Origin: Candidatus Sumerlaeota bacterium
GTDB taxonomy: Bacteria; UBP6; UBA1177
Reading direction: 5' to 3'
NCBI GenBank assembly: GCA_007136595.1
Contig: SLGQ01000158.1
Location: 1-31,003, forward strand
Length of the DNA stretch: 31,003 bases
The notes below the pieces were generated by a model that searched no databases, was not told the origin of the DNA, and was given only the letters and a program-made list of their open reading frames with translations. Below are positions 1-9,446 of the stretch, piece by piece. Positions within the stretch are counted from its first letter, which is position 1, and every line of letters starts with the position of its first letter. The translations under genes were made by a program, and so were the position numbers.

Positions 1-1485
1 GGAGGAGATATTTTAATTGATGCGACTTCAGGAATTTATGCTGATGGAATTACATGCGGAACTTCTGATGGTAAATCATCTTCCGCTTATTCCACAGGAG
101 GAGGTAGCGGAGCAGGGCACAGAGATGCAGGTGGATTATCGAAATATTGGACAGGTTCAAACATTTTTAATTTGACAGGAGGTGCGGCAGTTGGAAGCAT
201 GAGTGTGCTTAATTATTTAACAGGCTCATGCGGTGGTACTAATTACCAGAACACTCAAGGTGGCAAGGGTGGTGGAGCTATCATTCTTCATGGTGGAAAT
301 ATTACAATTTCCGGGACTCTTTCCGCTAATGGAGGGAATGGAGCTTATGGTCAATATGGTGGTTCAGGTGGAGGTTCCGGCGGCTCAATAACACTCTTTG
401 GTGGCATAGTTGACCTGAAATCAAGTTCTGACTTGAGAGTTGAAGGTGGAGCCGGAGGAACTACTCACTCCAGTTATACAAATTATGCAGGAGGAACAGG
501 AAGCAAAGGGATGATAAAAATTCTTTCAGGTCAGAAATCGGCAGGCATAGTCGTTCCTGGTGCAAAAATAGGTACATATAATGTTTTAACTGTAGCTCCT
601 CCCGATGTTATCTCTTCAACTACTCATCCACAACCTGAAAAATGGTATAATGACGGTTTTTCTGAAGCTATGATAAGTTGGAACAGACCCACTTATCTTG
701 ATGTTTCAGCATATTTTTATAAAGTTAACACAAGTGTTGTAAGCGTCCCTGTAAGCGGAGACGGCATTTATACTGAAAACAATACAGTTGTTCTTGATTC
801 TGATGATTTTGCTGCTGGTGTTAACTATTTTCACATAACAACCAATGATATTGAAGGTCAGACAGGAACTGTCGAGAACGCTTTTGTATTAAAGGTAAAC
901 AATATTCCTCCGACAATATCTTCTTCTTCCCATTCAAGCCAGAACACTTTTTACCAAACTGCAACAGTGTCTCTCAACTGGACCGACCCTTCCGGGAGAT
1001 CGGGTAGCTTTCCTTTATATAGATATATATGGGACAGATATGCAGGAACTACACCCTCATCAACTACAGGTGTTGAAACAGATAAAAAAGATCTCACTTT
1101 CACAGGTGTTCCTGCCGGAATATGGTACCTTCATGTCATAAGCATTGATACGATGGGGTATCCGACCAAAACGGCAAGGCACTTCAAGGTAAATGTAGGG
1201 CAGGAGCCTGGCAGAGGGAATATTGCAGGAAATGTTAAAAAACTTGGAACAAATACCGACATTGAAGGAGCTGTTGTAAAAGTTAATGACGGAATATGGA
1301 CAACGGTTACAGCATCGAACGGTTCTTATTCTTTCGGAGCGGGAACTGTCTATTCAAACACAGAATATTCCTGGCCCCAGTGGGAAGTGAGTGTTGAAGC
1401 CCCGGGCTACAAGAAGAGTGTTCAATCTGTAAATGTGTCAGCAGGAGAAACAACCCCTCTCAACTTTTTCCTTGAAGAAGAATAA
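1..1485 (+). CDS. Gly-rich secreted/surface protein, 5'-truncated; two Ig/Fn3-like modules and a C-terminal carboxypeptidase-regulatory-like beta-sandwich
   Basis: Frame 1 is open from base 1 (GGDILIDATSG...GGGSGAGH), so the start at 172 is not the real one. Gly-rich GGGSGG/GGxGG motifs; two similar ~100-aa modules (SSTTHPQPEKWY...YFHI / SSSSHSSQNTFY...WYLHV); C-terminus GNIAGNVK...IEGAVV...TASNGSYSF...VSVEAPGY...V.V.AG.TT.LNF.L. Confidence 0.7.
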   Translation, partial: GGDILIDATSGIYADGITCGTSDGKSSSAYSTGGGSGAGHRDAGGLSKYWTGSNIFNLTGGAAVGSMSVLNYLTGSCGGTNYQNTQGGKGGGAIILHGGNITISGTLSANGGNGAYGQYGGSGGGSGGSITLFGGIVDLKSSSDLRVEGGAGGTTHSSYTNYAGGTGSKGMIKILSGQKSAGIVVPGAKIGTYNVLTVAPPDVISSTTHPQPEKWYNDGFSEAMISWNRPTYLDVSAYFYKVNTSVVSVPVSGDGIYTENNTVVLDSDDFAAGVNYFHITTNDIEGQTGTVENAFVLKVNNIPPTISSSSHSSQNTFYQTATVSLNWTDPSGRSGSFPLYRYIWDRYAGTTPSSTTGVETDKKDLTFTGVPAGIWYLHVISIDTMGYPTKTARHFKVNVGQEPGRGNIAGNVKKLGTNTDIEGAVVKVNDGIWTTVTASNGSYSFGAGTVYSNTEYSWPQWEVSVEAPGYKKSVQSVNVSAGETTPLNFFLEEE

Positions 1486-1588
1486 GGTTGCAAAAAAATA
1501 TGGGGCTATTATTGATTTGTTTTCTGAGTGATTAAAAACACCTATTAATTCAGGTGCATATAATTTATGCCTGAGTCGAGGAAAATTC

Positions 1589-1617
1589 TTGACATTGAGT
1601 TTAAAATCAAATAACCT
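1589..1617 (+). promoter_or_regulatory. sigma70-type promoter for cassette 1
   Basis: TTGACA (1589-1594), 17-nt spacer, TAACCT (1612-1617), in the intergenic gap about 50 nt before ATG 1667. Confidence 0.6.
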
Positions 1618-1666
1618 CACGTGAGAGTTTTTGGTGGATTAACAATTCTATCTTAGGTAAGGTGCT

Positions 1667-2539
1667 ATGAGACACAGCAGATTATCCTTTATTACAGTTA
1701 TTTTAATTGTACTTTTTTCGTTCACTGTTTTCGGTGACGATCTTTTCGATCTGGATTCCGGTTTCGGTTTTTCAGATGAAGAAGAAGACACTCCGTCTTC
1801 ATCAATTTTTGACACAGAGCCGGCTCCGGCTCCTAAGGATGAAGCTAAAGCGGCTCCCAGAACTGCACAACTGCAGATCGGAGAAGCTGCGGCTGACACG
1901 GAAGCTGAGGCAGAGCTTAGAGACCTGAGTGTCGAAAGAAAAAGCAGGATCAAAGTCGTTCAAAGAAAAGAATTTCACAAAGATGGTCGTTTTGAGATCG
2001 GAATCGATGCCGGAATGATCAGTGGTGACTGGGAAGGCGTCCTTGTTGTCGGTGCCAGAATGGCTTATCACTTCAACGAATACCTTGCTCTTCAGGGAAG
2101 ATTTCTCTATGGAGCGGTATCATGGGAGAACGAAACACTTAAACAGGCTGATGAAGCAGATGCTTATGTCGCAAAGAGCAACATGACCATGGCTGGCGGT
2201 TTGTCGCTGGTTTTTTCTCCGATCTACGGAAAGGTCAGCCTTTTCGGAGATATTATTCCCAAGTACGATATTAATATATCGGCAGGTGGATATTTCTATC
2301 AGACCAAAGCTGAAGACAAAAACCAGAGTGTCAGACCTTTGACAAACAACAACGGTGCTTTTCAGATCGGTTTTGCTCCAAGAATATTCCTTGGCAAGAA
2401 CGCAAGTCTCAGTGTCTGTTCCGACTGGTTCATAATGAAAGATACCCGTCCCAGACAGGAAGGAGGAAATACTAAATACCTTAAGTCAGACTTCATGGTT
2501 ACATTGAATCTTAGTATGCTTCTTCCCTTTGATAGATAA
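1667..2539 (+). CDS. Outer-membrane beta-barrel protein, GltA/GltB (NfsA/B)-like
   Basis: Signal peptide, acidic N-terminal linker, motif RIKVVQRKEFHKDGRFEIG, alternating beta-strands, ends LSMLLPFDR. Lies directly upstream of gltC-like. Confidence 0.75.
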   Translation: MRHSRLSFITVILIVLFSFTVFGDDLFDLDSGFGFSDEEEDTPSSSIFDTEPAPAPKDEAKAAPRTAQLQIGEAAADTEAEAELRDLSVERKSRIKVVQRKEFHKDGRFEIGIDAGMISGDWEGVLVVGARMAYHFNEYLALQGRFLYGAVSWENETLKQADEADAYVAKSNMTMAGGLSLVFSPIYGKVSLFGDIIPKYDINISAGGYFYQTKAEDKNQSVRPLTNNNGAFQIGFAPRIFLGKNASLSVCSDWFIMKDTRPRQEGGNTKYLKSDFMVTLNLSMLLPFDR

Positions 2540-2555
2540 TTTGGGGGTATGTTAA

Positions 2556-4205
2556 ATGAAAAGATTAGTTATACTAATATCTTTTGCGGTTTTTGTTCTG
2601 ATGCTTTTTGCTTCCTGTGCCGAACAGCTTACTGTCCGTGAAAGGGAAATGAGAAGATATGACAGAATAGACCCGAGGATCGTTCAGGGTATGCCTGAAG
2701 CCATAGTCAAGGTCGTGGAAGCGTACAATTCAAGGGATTACTTCACTTCCGCTATAGGTTTCTATGCGATAATGAAAAATGACGAGTGGGACAGATTGCA
2801 TGAAACCGCCAGATACTATTATGCAGAGTCCCTTTTCAGGATAGGGCTTTACCAGCCTGCGGAATATCAGCTTGCTGAGATTCTTTTTGAGGGTCCTGAT
2901 TCTCATTACTTTGTTTCAGCTTTGTTGAAACTTCTTGCCGTTACTTATGAGACGCAAGATGAAAGAGTCCTTTTTGCGATTCTTTCGAATGTCGATTATT
3001 CAGCACTGCCCGCAAAATTTGCGAACGAGCTTACTTATTATATAGGTAAAATACATTTTTATAACGGGCAGGATGATCAGGCACTTCAGATGTTCAGCCA
3101 GGTAAAGGATTACAGTTCTTTTTATCCTAAATCCAGATATTTTATGGGTGTTATACAGGTGAGACAGGAAATGTTCGCTGAAGCTCTGAAAAGTTTTACT
3201 GAAATCAGAGAGATGCCCGATGATAAATATATCGGCGGAGATATTGCTAAGCTGAAAGGAATGGCGGAACTTGCACTCGGACAGCTTTATTATGCAGCTG
3301 CCTGGGCTGTTTCCAGAGATAGAGAAAGAGAAGGTAATCCGCTTGCTCTTTTCAATGTTTCTCTGAACTACTTTACCAATGTGGGAAGAGATAATGAGCA
3401 ATGGTTCGAGTCTCTGTTTGCAAGAACATGGGCATCTTTGATGATATCAAGATTCGATGCTACTCTCGGTACAGTTGTTACATTAAGGTCACCATTCTTT
3501 ACCGACATATATTTTCCTGAGATCAATGTTGTTGAAGCTGTTGCTTACTATAACCTTTGCCAGTATGATGAAGTAAATCGTGTTATCGACTACTTCTTTG
3601 GCATTTATCCGGGTTTCAATGAAAGAATGAACAGCTGGCTTGAAGAGGTTTCAACTAAAACAGGGCTGGATATTTACAGAGAACTTCTCACAATGTATCG
3701 TGATGCACAGAGGGGAGATCCGACACCTTTACCGGAATCTGTTTTGAGAACGATCGTTTATGAGCCTCTTTTTCAGAGAAAGTACAACCACATTAAAGAA
3801 ATAGAAAGAGAGTTCGGAATAATTGAAAACGCTCCGGAAGCTTTCAGGACAAGTGTGATAGCACAGGATATTTCCAAGAAAATGGCTTACCAGCTTGCAA
3901 CATTGAGAGATGAAGCAGGAAGAATGCTTGTTCAAAGAGTTCAGGAACTGAACAATGAACTTGGTCAGCTTATTGCAGATATGGGTGCAATAAGATTTGA
4001 GATGACAGACAGTCAGGTAAGAGTTCTTGAAAAACAGGAAGTTTTTGGAAGAAGAGCTGAAGAAGAGCCGGAAGAAGTTGTAGAAAAAGAAATGAACCCT
4101 TCCGTTCCCGATGGTTACTACTACTGGCCGTTTGACGGTGAATATTGGGAAGATGAACTGGGATATTATTTCTTTCAAGTTGAAAATATATGCAGGGAAC
4201 AATAA
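2556..4205 (+). CDS. gltC: GltC/NfsC-like TPR protein, possible lipoprotein
   Basis: TPR helices (YYYAESLFRIG, YFMGVIQVR); C-terminal signature YYYWPFDGEYWEDELGYY typical of GltC; lipobox-like LFASC. Confidence 0.8.
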   Translation: MKRLVILISFAVFVLMLFASCAEQLTVREREMRRYDRIDPRIVQGMPEAIVKVVEAYNSRDYFTSAIGFYAIMKNDEWDRLHETARYYYAESLFRIGLYQPAEYQLAEILFEGPDSHYFVSALLKLLAVTYETQDERVLFAILSNVDYSALPAKFANELTYYIGKIHFYNGQDDQALQMFSQVKDYSSFYPKSRYFMGVIQVRQEMFAEALKSFTEIREMPDDKYIGGDIAKLKGMAELALGQLYYAAAWAVSRDREREGNPLALFNVSLNYFTNVGRDNEQWFESLFARTWASLMISRFDATLGTVVTLRSPFFTDIYFPEINVVEAVAYYNLCQYDEVNRVIDYFFGIYPGFNERMNSWLEEVSTKTGLDIYRELLTMYRDAQRGDPTPLPESVLRTIVYEPLFQRKYNHIKEIEREFGIIENAPEAFRTSVIAQDISKKMAYQLATLRDEAGRMLVQRVQELNNELGQLIADMGAIRFEMTDSQVRVLEKQEVFGRRAEEEPEEVVEKEMNPSVPDGYYYWPFDGEYWEDELGYYFFQVENICREQ

Positions 4206-4244
4206 TTGATATTGAGTGAAAAACCAGATAAGGGGTTTTGAAAA

Positions 4245-7200
4245 ATGGTTACAAAAAAAACATTATGCACTTTTTTAGTGTTGTTGGCAGTTGTTACTGC
4301 TACAAGTGATTTAGCAGCACAGAGAAAAAGAAGAGAAGTCGATACTTCTACCGGTCCGGCAAGGACTCAGGTGGAAACTGCTACAATAGAGATTGACTCG
4401 AAAGCCATGGAAAAAAGAAATGAAGCCATAAGACAGCTTCAAGAGTTGATCAGGGATTATCCGGAAGGTCCTAGAAAGGCCGAGATATATCGCCGTTTGG
4501 CAGAACTTTACTGGGAACAGTCAAGAGCCACCAGAGGGGCGATAATGGAGGAGTACCAGAGGGAGACCAACAGATATTACGAGCTTAACGATCCCAATCT
4601 TCCTATGCCTGAACTCAACCTTAACCCTGCTTGGGAGTGGAACAATAAAGCCATTGAAATTTGTGACTACATCATCAAAACCTATCCAAATTTTGAAAAT
4701 ATTGATGAAGTTTATTTCTTCATGGCTTCAAACCTCATGGAAGTTGGTCAGCCACTCAGGGCGGTAAGATATTATACACTTGTTGTTGAGAGATTTGAAA
4801 ACTCCAGGTTTGCCGCAGACTCATATTTTGCAATGGGAGAATATTTCTTTGAAAACAACAATGTTTTTAAAGCTATGCCTAATTACAAGGCAATAATTGA
4901 CAAGTTCCCCGACAACAAATTCTACGGATATGCACTGTATAAATATGCTTGGTGTATGTATAATGTCGGTGAATACGAAGAGTCTGTAAAGCTTTTCCAA
5001 CAGGTTGTTGAAGTTGCCCAGAAAATGGTTGGAGCCGATGGAAGAGTGGGAGACCAGGATCTTATGGAAAATGCTCTTAACGATATGGTTGCTCCCTATG
5101 CTGAATCAGGTTCAGTTGACGATGCCGAGAGATACTTTAAAACGATCGTTAAAGAAACAAGATACTTTATTGCAGTTCTCAGAAGACTTGCTGAAATATA
5201 TTTCAGCCAGGACAGGAATGAAGAGGCGATTGTAATTTATAGAAAACTTATTGAGGAAGCCCCCGAAAGACCTGAGGGTCCTACATGGCAGAAACAGATA
5301 GTTGAAAGTTACCAGAAAATGAACAACAAGGATATGGTCAGGAAAGAGATCATAAATCTTGTTAAAAATTATGCTGATCCTAAAGCACCATGGGTACAGG
5401 CAAACAAAGAAGATGAAGTAACCCTTGAAAGTGCGAGGCAGACAGCTGAAACCGCTTTGAGGATCATGACAGTTGACTATCACAATGAAGCAAGGAAGAC
5501 CAATAACAGAGCTACATGGGATATTGTCGCCGAACTTTATCCTATATATCTTGAATATTTTCCAAAGTCAGAAGCTTCTTATGATATGCGTTTTAACTAT
5601 GCAGAGTTTTTGTGGGATCACAAAAAATATTCCGAAGCGGGTGACCAATACCAGATAGTTGCCGACATGAACCCGAAAGGTCACCATTTTGAAAATGCAT
5701 CTTTTGGAGCAGTAAGTTGTTTCGGTATGTTGCTTGAAGCTGAGCAGAAAAAAGCGGAAAATCTTGCCAAACAGAGAATGGCGGAATCAAGGAAACAGGG
5801 TGCTGGTGAGATCCAATCTGACAGAGTTGCTCTTGCTGATGAAAAAGCGGATGTTAAAAAAGAAGAAATTGAAGATCAGTTTAAGCCGCAACCGATCCCT
5901 GATCTTCATCAGAGATTTATAAATGCTACAGAAACATATATCAGAAACATTCCCAGATCGAAATATTTGGTTGATATCATTTATAAACAGGCTATAACAT
6001 ACTACAGTTTCAATCATTTTGATAAAGCTGTGCCAAGTTTTGAAATGATAGTTCAGAAGCACCCCAGACACAATCTTGCTGTTTATGCCGCTGACCTCAT
6101 AATGGACTCTCTTAACATGACAAGAGACTGGGAAGCCATTAACAGTAAAGCCCGTGAAATGCTTCGTAACTCTGCCCTTATTTCAGGAAGGAACAGGTTG
6201 AGGAATGACCTTGAAAGTTTTAAGGAAATGGCATCGTTCTATTCTTCTGAAATTCCTGCGCAAGGTAAAAGATATCTTGAGTCGGCTGACAGATACATGG
6301 CTTTTGTAACTGAATTCCCGAGGTCAAAATTCAATGATGTGGCAAAGTTCAATGCCATTGTTTATTACCAGAGGGGAGGAGATCTTTACAGGTCGATAAG
6401 AGTTCAGGAACAGTTCCTCAGAGAGACAGGTGAAGTTTATGTGAAATCCGGTTTGCGCGACAGGATCATGTTCGGGCTTGCAAGAAACTACGAGGCAATT
6501 GCTGAGTATGACAGGGCGGCAAGACTGTATGTTGATTTTGTTGAACAATCTCCTGACAGCAAAGATGCAAAGGATGCAATATTTAACGCCGCTGTTCTTT
6601 TTGAAGCAATCGGTGACACCGAAAGAGCTATAGATAACTATAGGCTTTATGTTGAAAAACATGCAGAAACAGACAAAGAGAAAAGTCAGATAGCGCTTCA
6701 GTACGGTTACATCTGGATGAGAAGAGGTAGAACATTCTACGACCGTGCGGAAAGAGGTTTTGACAGGTTTGTTTCAGATCATCTTGACATTAGAGGACTT
6801 GAGGATTTCTTTTTTATAGATGAAAAAGGTCAAAGAAAAGAGATAACCTCCAATCCAAGTGTAGTTGTTGAGAAGGGTACTCCGAATGTAATTTTTGCTC
6901 TTTACGGAGCAAGAATGAGAATGAACGAGGAGCTTGGCAACAGAGAACAGTTCTATGCAAATGTTGACAAAGTTCTTCAAATATTCAGAGGCGGAGAATT
7001 CAAAGAGAAAGAAGAGATCAACGAAATTTCAAGAGATACTATAGCAAAGGCTATGCTTGCAGAACTTGCTTCTGAATTTAAGGATTTCCTTGAGATAAGG
7101 TTTGATAATATTGAAATAAAACCTAAAATGAAAGGATACGAACTCCTTACATTCGGATTTGATGTTGTTGACGGAGAGATAATACATCACGGAGGTGAAA

Positions 7201-7874
7201 ATCCTGATGATTATCTTACACCTGCTGATAAAAGGAACTTAAGAGCAGCCGCAAAAATTAAAGATGATTTCAATGAGGTTTCCCAGGAAAGGATGACCAG
7301 AAAAATTGAGCTCACTGTTTCTCTTACTGATAAATACGCTAATATTATTGAAGCCACTAAATCTCCGAGATACACTCCGGCAGTTCTTTATCACATAGGT
7401 CGAATTTACAGAGATCTTACCGACCAAATGTTCAATGCACCTGTTGCTCCATGGTTGAGTGAAGCACAGATCGCTGAATATCAGACCTTTCTGCAGGAAA
7501 GAGCTTTCGGAGCACAGAAAAATGCAGTTACCTTTTTTGAGCAGGCGATAGTACAGGGATACAATACCTCTGTTTACAGTGACTGGTTATTGAGAGCAAG
7601 GAAACAGCTGAAATACTTCCCGTTGGTTACTGGTGCAAAATATTATGACGAAAATGAAATAGTTCCGCGTCCGAATATGATAGAGACATCTTCTTTTATC
7701 GGAAGACTTGACAGGAATATTAAATTCCCTGAAATGGACCCGAAGGAAAGAGAAGCCTTGAAAAGGTCTTTGAACAGACCTAAAACAACTACAGTTCAGC
7801 AGGAAGCGGGAACAGAAGAAGCCTCAGAAGTTGTTGAGGAGTCAAAACCTGAAGAAACTGAAACCAGTGAATAG
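4245..7874 (+). CDS. gltD: GltD/AgmU (NfsD)-like large periplasmic TPR protein
   Basis: 1209 aa with signal peptide; KRNEAIRQLQELI...KAEIYRRLAELYWE; many TPR repeats (YFAMGEYFF, YALYKYAWCMYN); position between gltC- and gltE-like genes. Confidence 0.8.
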   Translation: MVTKKTLCTFLVLLAVVTATSDLAAQRKRREVDTSTGPARTQVETATIEIDSKAMEKRNEAIRQLQELIRDYPEGPRKAEIYRRLAELYWEQSRATRGAIMEEYQRETNRYYELNDPNLPMPELNLNPAWEWNNKAIEICDYIIKTYPNFENIDEVYFFMASNLMEVGQPLRAVRYYTLVVERFENSRFAADSYFAMGEYFFENNNVFKAMPNYKAIIDKFPDNKFYGYALYKYAWCMYNVGEYEESVKLFQQVVEVAQKMVGADGRVGDQDLMENALNDMVAPYAESGSVDDAERYFKTIVKETRYFIAVLRRLAEIYFSQDRNEEAIVIYRKLIEEAPERPEGPTWQKQIVESYQKMNNKDMVRKEIINLVKNYADPKAPWVQANKEDEVTLESARQTAETALRIMTVDYHNEARKTNNRATWDIVAELYPIYLEYFPKSEASYDMRFNYAEFLWDHKKYSEAGDQYQIVADMNPKGHHFENASFGAVSCFGMLLEAEQKKAENLAKQRMAESRKQGAGEIQSDRVALADEKADVKKEEIEDQFKPQPIPDLHQRFINATETYIRNIPRSKYLVDIIYKQAITYYSFNHFDKAVPSFEMIVQKHPRHNLAVYAADLIMDSLNMTRDWEAINSKAREMLRNSALISGRNRLRNDLESFKEMASFYSSEIPAQGKRYLESADRYMAFVTEFPRSKFNDVAKFNAIVYYQRGGDLYRSIRVQEQFLRETGEVYVKSGLRDRIMFGLARNYEAIAEYDRAARLYVDFVEQSPDSKDAKDAIFNAAVLFEAIGDTERAIDNYRLYVEKHAETDKEKSQIALQYGYIWMRRGRTFYDRAERGFDRFVSDHLDIRGLEDFFFIDEKGQRKEITSNPSVVVEKGTPNVIFALYGARMRMNEELGNREQFYANVDKVLQIFRGGEFKEKEEINEISRDTIAKAMLAELASEFKDFLEIRFDNIEIKPKMKGYELLTFGFDVVDGEIIHHGGENPDDYLTPADKRNLRAAAKIKDDFNEVSQERMTRKIELTVSLTDKYANIIEATKSPRYTPAVLYHIGRIYRDLTDQMFNAPVAPWLSEAQIAEYQTFLQERAFGAQKNAVTFFEQAIVQGYNTSVYSDWLLRARKQLKYFPLVTGAKYYDENEIVPRPNMIETSSFIGRLDRNIKFPEMDPKEREALKRSLNRPKTTTVQQEAGTEEASEVVEESKPEETETSE

Positions 7875-7886
7875 GGGGACTAAAAT

Positions 7887-9026
7887 ATGAAAAGGATATT
7901 TCTTGTTACAGTTTTTATGGCTGTTCTCTTCGTAGGTGCATGTGCAACGGCACCTAAAGTTGAGGAGAAAGAAGAAAAAGTTGTTGTGGTTGAAAGAAAA
8001 GAACCCAGGGAGCCGGAAGATTGGGCAAAATACTTCACCGAAAAAGGGGCGGAAGCTCTTGAAATAAGAGACGGTAAGGTTGATTTTCCAAATGCCATAA
8101 AGTATTTTGAACGTGCAATTAAAGCGTACCCGACCTCCCCGACACTTTATTATAATTTGGGACTTGTTTACCAGAGAATGGGTAACGACCAGAAAGCTGT
8201 TGAGTACTATAACAAAGCTTTGGAACTTGATCCTAAATATGCAATGCCGGTCATAAACAGAGCTGCCATTTATGCAAACAGGCTCGAATATAATAGAGCA
8301 ATAGAGGTGTGTGAAAATTTTCTAGACAGAGAAAACGACAAAGATGTTGTTGTACTGAGTGCATTAGCCGGTTTTTATCTTCTCAGAGGTGACAACATAA
8401 ATGCCATTCAGTCAGTTAGAAGAATTCTTGTTCAGGATCAGGCAAATGTTGATGCTCTTAAAAACCTCGGTATGATATACTTCCTTAACAGAGACATCGG
8501 TTTGGCTACTATGGTTACTACCAACTCTTATAATTTAAGACCTGATGATGCAGGTATTGCCAACAACCGCGGTGTTCTTTTTTCTGATCAGGGAGATGAT
8601 TCTCTTGCCATGCTCTATTTCGGGAACGCACTGAATAACGATTCTAAAAATGTAAGTGCTAACTTTAATATTGGTGCAATTGCCATGAGATATGGCGATG
8701 CAGAAACAGCTTATGAGAGATTTTCCATTGTGCTTTCTCAGGATCCTGACAATCTTAGAGCCCGTGTTGGACTTGCAATAGCATTAAGAGGACTTTCAAG
8801 ATTTGAAGATGCTGAGAAACAGTATCAGAAAGTTTTGTCAAAGAACCCTAATCATGCAAAAGCAACTTTTAATCTCGGAATTCTTTATTATGACCATATG
8901 AATAAACAAGTTGAAGCAAAAGCATTGTTCAGAAGGTTTATTTCTATTGCAGACGGTATAGATCAAGATCATATCGTTCATAAATATTTGGCTGATAAAG
9001 TTTTTATAAGACCCAAAGAGGACTGA
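7887..9026 (+). CDS. gltE: GltE/AglT-like TPR lipoprotein
   Basis: Lipobox VGAC-ATAP; canonical TPRs (LYYNLGLVYQRMG, ANFNIGAIAMRYGD, ATFNLGILY); synteny. Confidence 0.75.
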   Translation: MKRIFLVTVFMAVLFVGACATAPKVEEKEEKVVVVERKEPREPEDWAKYFTEKGAEALEIRDGKVDFPNAIKYFERAIKAYPTSPTLYYNLGLVYQRMGNDQKAVEYYNKALELDPKYAMPVINRAAIYANRLEYNRAIEVCENFLDRENDKDVVVLSALAGFYLLRGDNINAIQSVRRILVQDQANVDALKNLGMIYFLNRDIGLATMVTTNSYNLRPDDAGIANNRGVLFSDQGDDSLAMLYFGNALNNDSKNVSANFNIGAIAMRYGDAETAYERFSIVLSQDPDNLRARVGLAIALRGLSRFEDAEKQYQKVLSKNPNHAKATFNLGILYYDHMNKQVEAKALFRRFISIADGIDQDHIVHKYLADKVFIRPKED

Positions 9027-9062
9027 TTTTAATGCTTAATAAGTGTAATATGAAAAAATTGG

Positions 9063-9093
9063 TTGAAATTTTTTTTATTCAGTATAGTATAAT
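9063..9093 (+). promoter_or_regulatory. Possible internal sigma70-type promoter before gltF-like
   Basis: TTGAAA (9063-9068) and TATAAT (9088-9093) in a ~110-nt gap; the 19-nt spacer is suboptimal. Confidence 0.35.
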
Positions 9094-9138
9094 AACTGGT
9101 GTACGGTTGTTGAGTTCGGAAATATAGGAGGTTTAGTG

Positions 9139-9405
9139 ATGAAAAAAATCATTGCTTTGGTTATAATGTTTTTATTCTTCGGCATTTTAAGTGCTCAGGA
9201 AGCTGAGACTGATGCTCAGGGAAACATTATCGTTTACAGAGAAAAAACGGTTATTGACTTTGAAGATGTTATGCTTGAAGGTCAAATTAAAAAACCGTCA
9301 GGTTCTTTTCTTATGGATAGAACGAGAACAAGGTTCAACAACCTTATAAATATGAAAGAAGATTTTAATAAAGAACTTGTCAGATCAGTTGACTTGTTAA
9401 ACTGA
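9139..9405 (+). CDS. gltF: GltF/CglF-like small secreted protein
   Basis: GGAGG at 9127-9131 favours ATG 9139; signal peptide; motif KTVIDFEDVMLEGQIKKP...F.NLI.MK.DF. Confidence 0.75.
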   Translation: MKKIIALVIMFLFFGILSAQEAETDAQGNIIVYREKTVIDFEDVMLEGQIKKPSGSFLMDRTRTRFNNLINMKEDFNKELVRSVDLLN

Positions 9406-9446
9406 GTTTATGTTTATGTTAACCAATATATAAAGAGGCTGGAGCT

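Noticed and set aside
172-174. TTG at 172 as the start of the first CDS
   Set aside because: The frame is open from base 1 with the same Gly-rich content, so the gene starts upstream of the window.
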